Source: an uncultured Candidatus Binatia bacterium (GTDB lineage: Bacteria; Desulfobacterota; Binatia; UBA9968; JAJDTQ01). From it: a DNA stretch of 64,000 nt. The stretch spans positions 2,848,001 through 2,912,000 of the forward strand of contig OZ251459.1 of the NCBI GenBank assembly GCA_965242525.1, written 5' to 3'. The notes beneath the pieces were generated by a model. The model worked only from the letters and a program-made list of their open reading frames with translations, made no database searches and was not told the DNA's origin. The position numbers and the translations under genes were made by a program. Positions 60,057-64,000 of this stretch are shown piece after piece (positions within the stretch are counted from its first letter, which is position 1; each line of letters starts with the position of its first letter).

Positions 60057-61619
60057 TCAGGGTCCCGCCGGCGGGGTCGGAAGCTCCCGGGGCTTGCCCA
60101 CCCCTTCCTCCCGGAGTTGCCGGTCGATGGTCTCCAGCAAGCCGGACCGGGCTTCGGCGTCGCCGCCCTCTTCCTTGGCGGGTTGGGGTTTCCTGGCCGA
60201 GAAGAGCGCAGGGTCCGCGGCCGGTGCCGGAGGCGCGCCCGCCTCCGGTGCTCCCCGGCCGAGCCCGGCGTCCACCTCGCCCAGGACCGCGGCCGGGTCG
60301 CCCACGGAGACCTTCTCTTCCGGGTCTTCCGGCAGGTCGCCTGCCGGCGGTTCGAGGGTTCGGCGTTCCGGCGTCCCCAGGGTCTCGTCGATGCGCTCCA
60401 CCACCGCCCGGGAAGGCGAAGACGCCGTCTCCGCGGGGTCCGGCTTCCCTGCCGCTCCTTCGCTTTCGCCGCCGCCCCACGAGAACGGGTTCAGGAAGCT
60501 GAAGAAACCCCCGCCTTCCTCCGCGGGGGCCTGCCCCTCGCCGCCTGCCCGGGCTGCGACCTCTTCCGACTCCTCGCCATCGCCGCCCCACGCGAACGGG
60601 TTCAGGTACTCGTACCAGCTCTTCCCGTCCGGGTCTTCGTGGTCATAGCCTTCCTTGGTGATGAGAAGCGGCTTCTCCGGCGCGGCCTTCCCGGCCGGTC
60701 TCGCCGCAGCCGGAGGGTCGGGGGCCGCCGGGCTTTCCGGGGGAGACGGCGGCGCCGCGGACAGCCGGGCGGCCTCGGCCCGGGCCCGTTCCGCAAGCGG
60801 GTCCCCGGGATGGCTTTCCATCAACCGCCGGTAAGCCGCCAGGGCCTTGGCGGCGTCGTTTTCCCGTCGATGGGCGTCGGCGAGGGCGAACAGGGCCCTG
60901 GGCGCCGCCGGAGTGTCGGGATAGTCGCGCAGGACGTTCTCGAAACGTTCCCGGGCGGCCCAGTAGCTCTCCTCCCCCAGGTAGAACTCGCCCACGTACA
61001 ACTCGCGCTCGGCCATGTGGACACGGGCTTCCTCCAGCTTCTCGCGGGCGTCCGCAACGTGCTCGGAATCAGGGTGGTCCTGGATGACGGACTCGAAGTG
61101 TCCCTTTGCCTCCCTGACCTTCACCAGGTCCCGGTCCATCCCGGTGAACTGGTCCATGTTGACCCGGCCGAGCTGGTACTTGACGTAGTGCGTGTGCCGG
61201 CCCGTGGGCTGGAAGGCCAGGTAGTTCTTGTAGGTCTCCTCGGCCTGGATGTGCTCCCCGTTCAGGTAGTAGGCCTCGGCGATCTTCAACTCCGCGGTCT
61301 CGGCTTCCTCGCTGAACGGGTGCTCGTCCCGCAACTTCTCGAAGAACGAGATGGAGCGCGCATACCGCCCCCGCCCGAAGTAGTCCATGCCGTCCTTGTA
61401 CAGGTTGGCCGCGGTGGGGTCGGAGTCGGACAGGGGGTCGTCCCTGAACCACTCCCGGACCGCGGCGGTGATGTCTCCCGGCTTCGGGAACCTCGGGCGT
61501 TCGCCGGTGGGACCGATGCAGCCGCCCAGGACCAGCACCGCAACGAGTCCGCAGAGCATCGGTTTCAGGCAGTCTCTTTCGCGCATGTCAGGGGCTTTCA
61601 TGGGGCTTTCACGGACCAT
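60057..61619 (-). CDS. bamD: Outer membrane assembly lipoprotein BamD with long low-complexity C-terminal extension (start uncertain)
   Basis: Lipobox VLGGC; TPRs HPFSEEAETAELKIAEAYY, LYVGEFY...AARERFENVLRDYP. Confidence 0.85.
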   Translation of the reverse strand: MVRESPMKAPDMRERDCLKPMLCGLVAVLVLGGCIGPTGERPRFPKPGDITAAVREWFRDDPLSDSDPTAANLYKDGMDYFGRGRYARSISFFEKLRDEHPFSEEAETAELKIAEAYYLNGEHIQAEETYKNYLAFQPTGRHTHYVKYQLGRVNMDQFTGMDRDLVKVREAKGHFESVIQDHPDSEHVADAREKLEEARVHMAERELYVGEFYLGEESYWAARERFENVLRDYPDTPAAPRALFALADAHRRENDAAKALAAYRRLMESHPGDPLAERARAEAARLSAAPPSPPESPAAPDPPAAARPAGKAAPEKPLLITKEGYDHEDPDGKSWYEYLNPFAWGGDGEESEEVAARAGGEGQAPAEEGGGFFSFLNPFSWGGGESEGAAGKPDPAETASSPSRAVVERIDETLGTPERRTLEPPAGDLPEDPEEKVSVGDPAAVLGEVDAGLGRGAPEAGAPPAPAADPALFSARKPQPAKEEGGDAEARSGLLETIDRQLREEGVGKPRELPTPPAGP

Positions 61620-61840
61620 GGAAGGATGATGGAATCTACCTGGAATCTACCACGGCCTCCGCACGCCCTTCAACTCCGACGGGAACGCCGGGTTCCGGCC
61701 GCCGCGTCCGGGACGCCGCCAAGTCCGCCGCGGCGCCGCCCGCGCGGACGCCGAGCCGCATGACCCGGTCCATGCGGGTCCATCGGACCCGGACACGCGC
61801 GTCCCCAACGTGTCCATCGCGCGCCCCGGTCCATGCGGGT

Positions 61841-63556
61841 TCATCCCCCGGGCGGAGGGCCGAACTTCCTCGCGAAGGTCTGCCGCTGGCCGGTGCTGCC
61901 GAGCATGATCAGCTCGGTCTCCCGCTGGAGCGGCGTGTCCGGCGGCGGGTTCGTCACCACCGCGCCGTCCCGCTGGACCCCCACCACGGTCAGGCCCGTG
62001 CGCTCGGGCACGTAGCAACTGCCCAGCTTGCGCCCCAGCATGGACGCCGGCGCCGGGACCACGAACAGCTCCGCGCCCTCGCCCACCACCAGCAGCTTCC
62101 GTCCGTGCAGTTGGGCGAAGACGTCCTCCACCCCCTCGGAGGTGTAACTGAGCGCGAAGTCCGCCCCCGCCCGGTAGATGGCCTCCAGGTTCCTCTGGTG
62201 GGTGAGACGGCTCAGGATCAGCAACTCCGGGTTGAGGCGGCGGCAATAGACGGTCAGGTAGATGTTCATGGCGTCGTCGCTCCCGGACAGGACCACCGCC
62301 GGGGCCTCGTCCAGGCCCGCGGCCATGAGCAGCTCCCGGTCCGCGGCCTCGCCCAGGAAGAGCCGGCTGGGGATGTCCCCGATACGCGGCCGCAACGCCT
62401 CGTTGCGCTCGATCAGGTGCACGTCCATGTCCTTGCGCCTGAGCGCCCTGGCGGTGGCGCGCCCCACCTTGCCGCCCCCGATGACCACCACCGGGTGGTA
62501 GTTGACGTCGTAGATCACCAGCAGCAGGTTGACCTCCATGATCTGCTGCTCGGTGCCCATCACCACCAGCAGGCTGGAATGGGAAAGGTAGGTGTCCGGC
62601 CGGGCCGGCAACAGCTTGCCGCGCTCCCACACGCTGACGACCTCCACTCCCGTGGCCTCCCGGAGCCGGGTCTCGCCGATGGTGCGCCCGGCGAACGGCG
62701 TGTCATGCACCGCGAACTCGGCGATGCGGAGGTTCCGGATGGACCCGATCACGTGCACCTCGGCGTGCCCGGCGTTGATGCGGTTCGCCAGGCGGTGCGC
62801 CAGTTGCCGGTGCAGCGGCAGCACGTGGGTGCAGCCGCTCAACTCCAGCACGTCGATGGCGTCCTCGGCCTCCACCGTGGCCACGATGGGGACCTCCGGG
62901 GCCACTTCCCGGGCGGTGAGTATGATGTTCGTGTTCACCGTGTCGCTGACGTTGGCCAGTATCAGGCGCGCGTGCTCGGCGCGCAGGTTGACGTAGGTCT
63001 GCCGGCTGTCCACGTCGCCCGTGACCACCGACACCCCCTCGCCCTGCCTGCGGGCGGCCGCCACCGGGTCCGGCTCGATGAGGAAATAGGGGATGTTGTC
63101 GAGCTCCAGCCGCTCCATGAGGCCCGGGGCGATTGCGTCGTAACCGCACAGGATGACGTGCCCGGTGACGTCCTTCGGCGCCTCCCGCCGGGCGCGGCCC
63201 CGGATCTGGGCCTCCAGCCACGGCGCATAGAAGGAGCGGATGAACGTGAACGGAAGCACCACCAGCAGGAAGAAGGTGCCCGACACGAGCACGAAAATGC
63301 TGAAGCCCTTTCCCACGTCGCTCTGGAACACGACGTCGCCGAAGCCCAGGGTGGTCATGGTGGTCAGCGTCCAGTAGAAGCCCGTGAACCAGGAATGGTC
63401 CTGCCCCTCCACCGTGGCCATGATGATGTGGAAGACCAGCGTGTAGCACGCCACCAGCCCGAGCAGGACGCCGTGGAGCTTGACCAGCAGGGCGATGTTG
63501 CGCCGGCTTTCCGGCAGTTCCAGGAAGTAGGCGACGGTGCTTATGAAGAACTTCAT
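61841..63556 (-). CDS. Potassium channel protein with two RCK (TrkA-N/C) repeats
   Basis: Pore TTMTTLGFGD; GHVILCGY; IGGGKVG. Confidence 0.9.
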   Translation of the reverse strand: MKFFISTVAYFLELPESRRNIALLVKLHGVLLGLVACYTLVFHIIMATVEGQDHSWFTGFYWTLTTMTTLGFGDVVFQSDVGKGFSIFVLVSGTFFLLVVLPFTFIRSFYAPWLEAQIRGRARREAPKDVTGHVILCGYDAIAPGLMERLELDNIPYFLIEPDPVAAARRQGEGVSVVTGDVDSRQTYVNLRAEHARLILANVSDTVNTNIILTAREVAPEVPIVATVEAEDAIDVLELSGCTHVLPLHRQLAHRLANRINAGHAEVHVIGSIRNLRIAEFAVHDTPFAGRTIGETRLREATGVEVVSVWERGKLLPARPDTYLSHSSLLVVMGTEQQIMEVNLLLVIYDVNYHPVVVIGGGKVGRATARALRRKDMDVHLIERNEALRPRIGDIPSRLFLGEAADRELLMAAGLDEAPAVVLSGSDDAMNIYLTVYCRRLNPELLILSRLTHQRNLEAIYRAGADFALSYTSEGVEDVFAQLHGRKLLVVGEGAELFVVPAPASMLGRKLGSCYVPERTGLTVVGVQRDGAVVTNPPPDTPLQRETELIMLGSTGQRQTFARKFGPPPGG

Positions 63557-63616
63557 GAAACGACGGCGCTATTCCGGGACCGTCCCCGTTCCGTTCCGGG
63601 ACACGTTCCGACGGGG

Positions 63617-64000
63617 TCAGTTCTCGGCCAGCCAGCGCCCGAAACGCAACAGGTCGTAGTCTCTCCGGTAGAACCCGATCAACTGGACCCCCAGGGGCAA
63701 CCGGTCGAGGACGAGCCGCGGCAGGTTCAGGGCCGGGGCACCGAGCACCGACGAAGGCTCGCCGTAGAGGGAGTTGCCCACCGGCATTCCCCGGGGCGCG
63801 GCGTCCACCGAGTTCAAAGTGACGAACGCGTCCGCCCCCGACGCCATGGCGGCGTGCTGCCTGCGGAAGTCCCGGCGCCAGTCCAGGGCCCGGGCGTAGT
63901 CCTCCGGCCCCAGGCTCCGGCCCGCCTCCACCCGCTCCAGCACCCGCTCGCTCAGGAGCTCGGGACAGCGGTCGGCGTACAGGGCCAGGGGGTAGCGTCC
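63617..64000 (-). CDS. Amidase family protein, C-terminal part (runs off window)
   Basis: LGAPALNLP...LPLGVQLIG...DYDLLRFGRWL. Confidence 0.7.
   Translation of the reverse strand, partial: GRYPLALYADRCPELLSERVLERVEAGRSLGPEDYARALDWRRDFRRQHAAMASGADAFVTLNSVDAAPRGMPVGNSLYGEPSSVLGAPALNLPRLVLDRLPLGVQLIGFYRRDYDLLRFGRWLAEN

Overview
GC-rich bacterial chromosomal segment, diderm (BamD, TolC, lipoproteins). A deltaproteobacterial-like, possibly host-associated lineage is suggested by gene content only. It holds about 46 CDS. Housekeeping genes: prfB with its programmed frameshift, ybeY, phoH, alaS, recA, bamD and an mrp-DUF971-sufT Fe-S cluster. DNA repair genes: an EndoQ-UvrD fusion and a double-length UvrA. 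There are also many catabolic and transport genes (TAXI-TRAP, LLM, TPP enzyme, acyl-CoA dehydrogenases, SDR). Accessory content: a single-chain Type IIG/ISP-like R-M gene; a lower-GC three-gene RES toxin-antitoxin module; a phage/satellite relic (TerL and HNH fragments) bracketing a surface lipoprotein; and tandem AAA-PD-(D/E)XK paralogues that differ mainly in one swapped block. Features the ORF track misses: (i) a UxxC DsbA-like selenoprotein with a SECIS-like hairpin; (ii) about 10 modular MITEs with IS5-like ends and 4-bp target duplications, carrying REP-like cargo; (iii) an internally deleted GIY-YIG nuclease relic between inverted REPs with reiterated ends, plus an empty doublet of the same REP. 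The last points to a GIY-YIG/REP mobile system analogous to RAYT/REPIN. No rRNA, tRNA or CRISPR array was seen.
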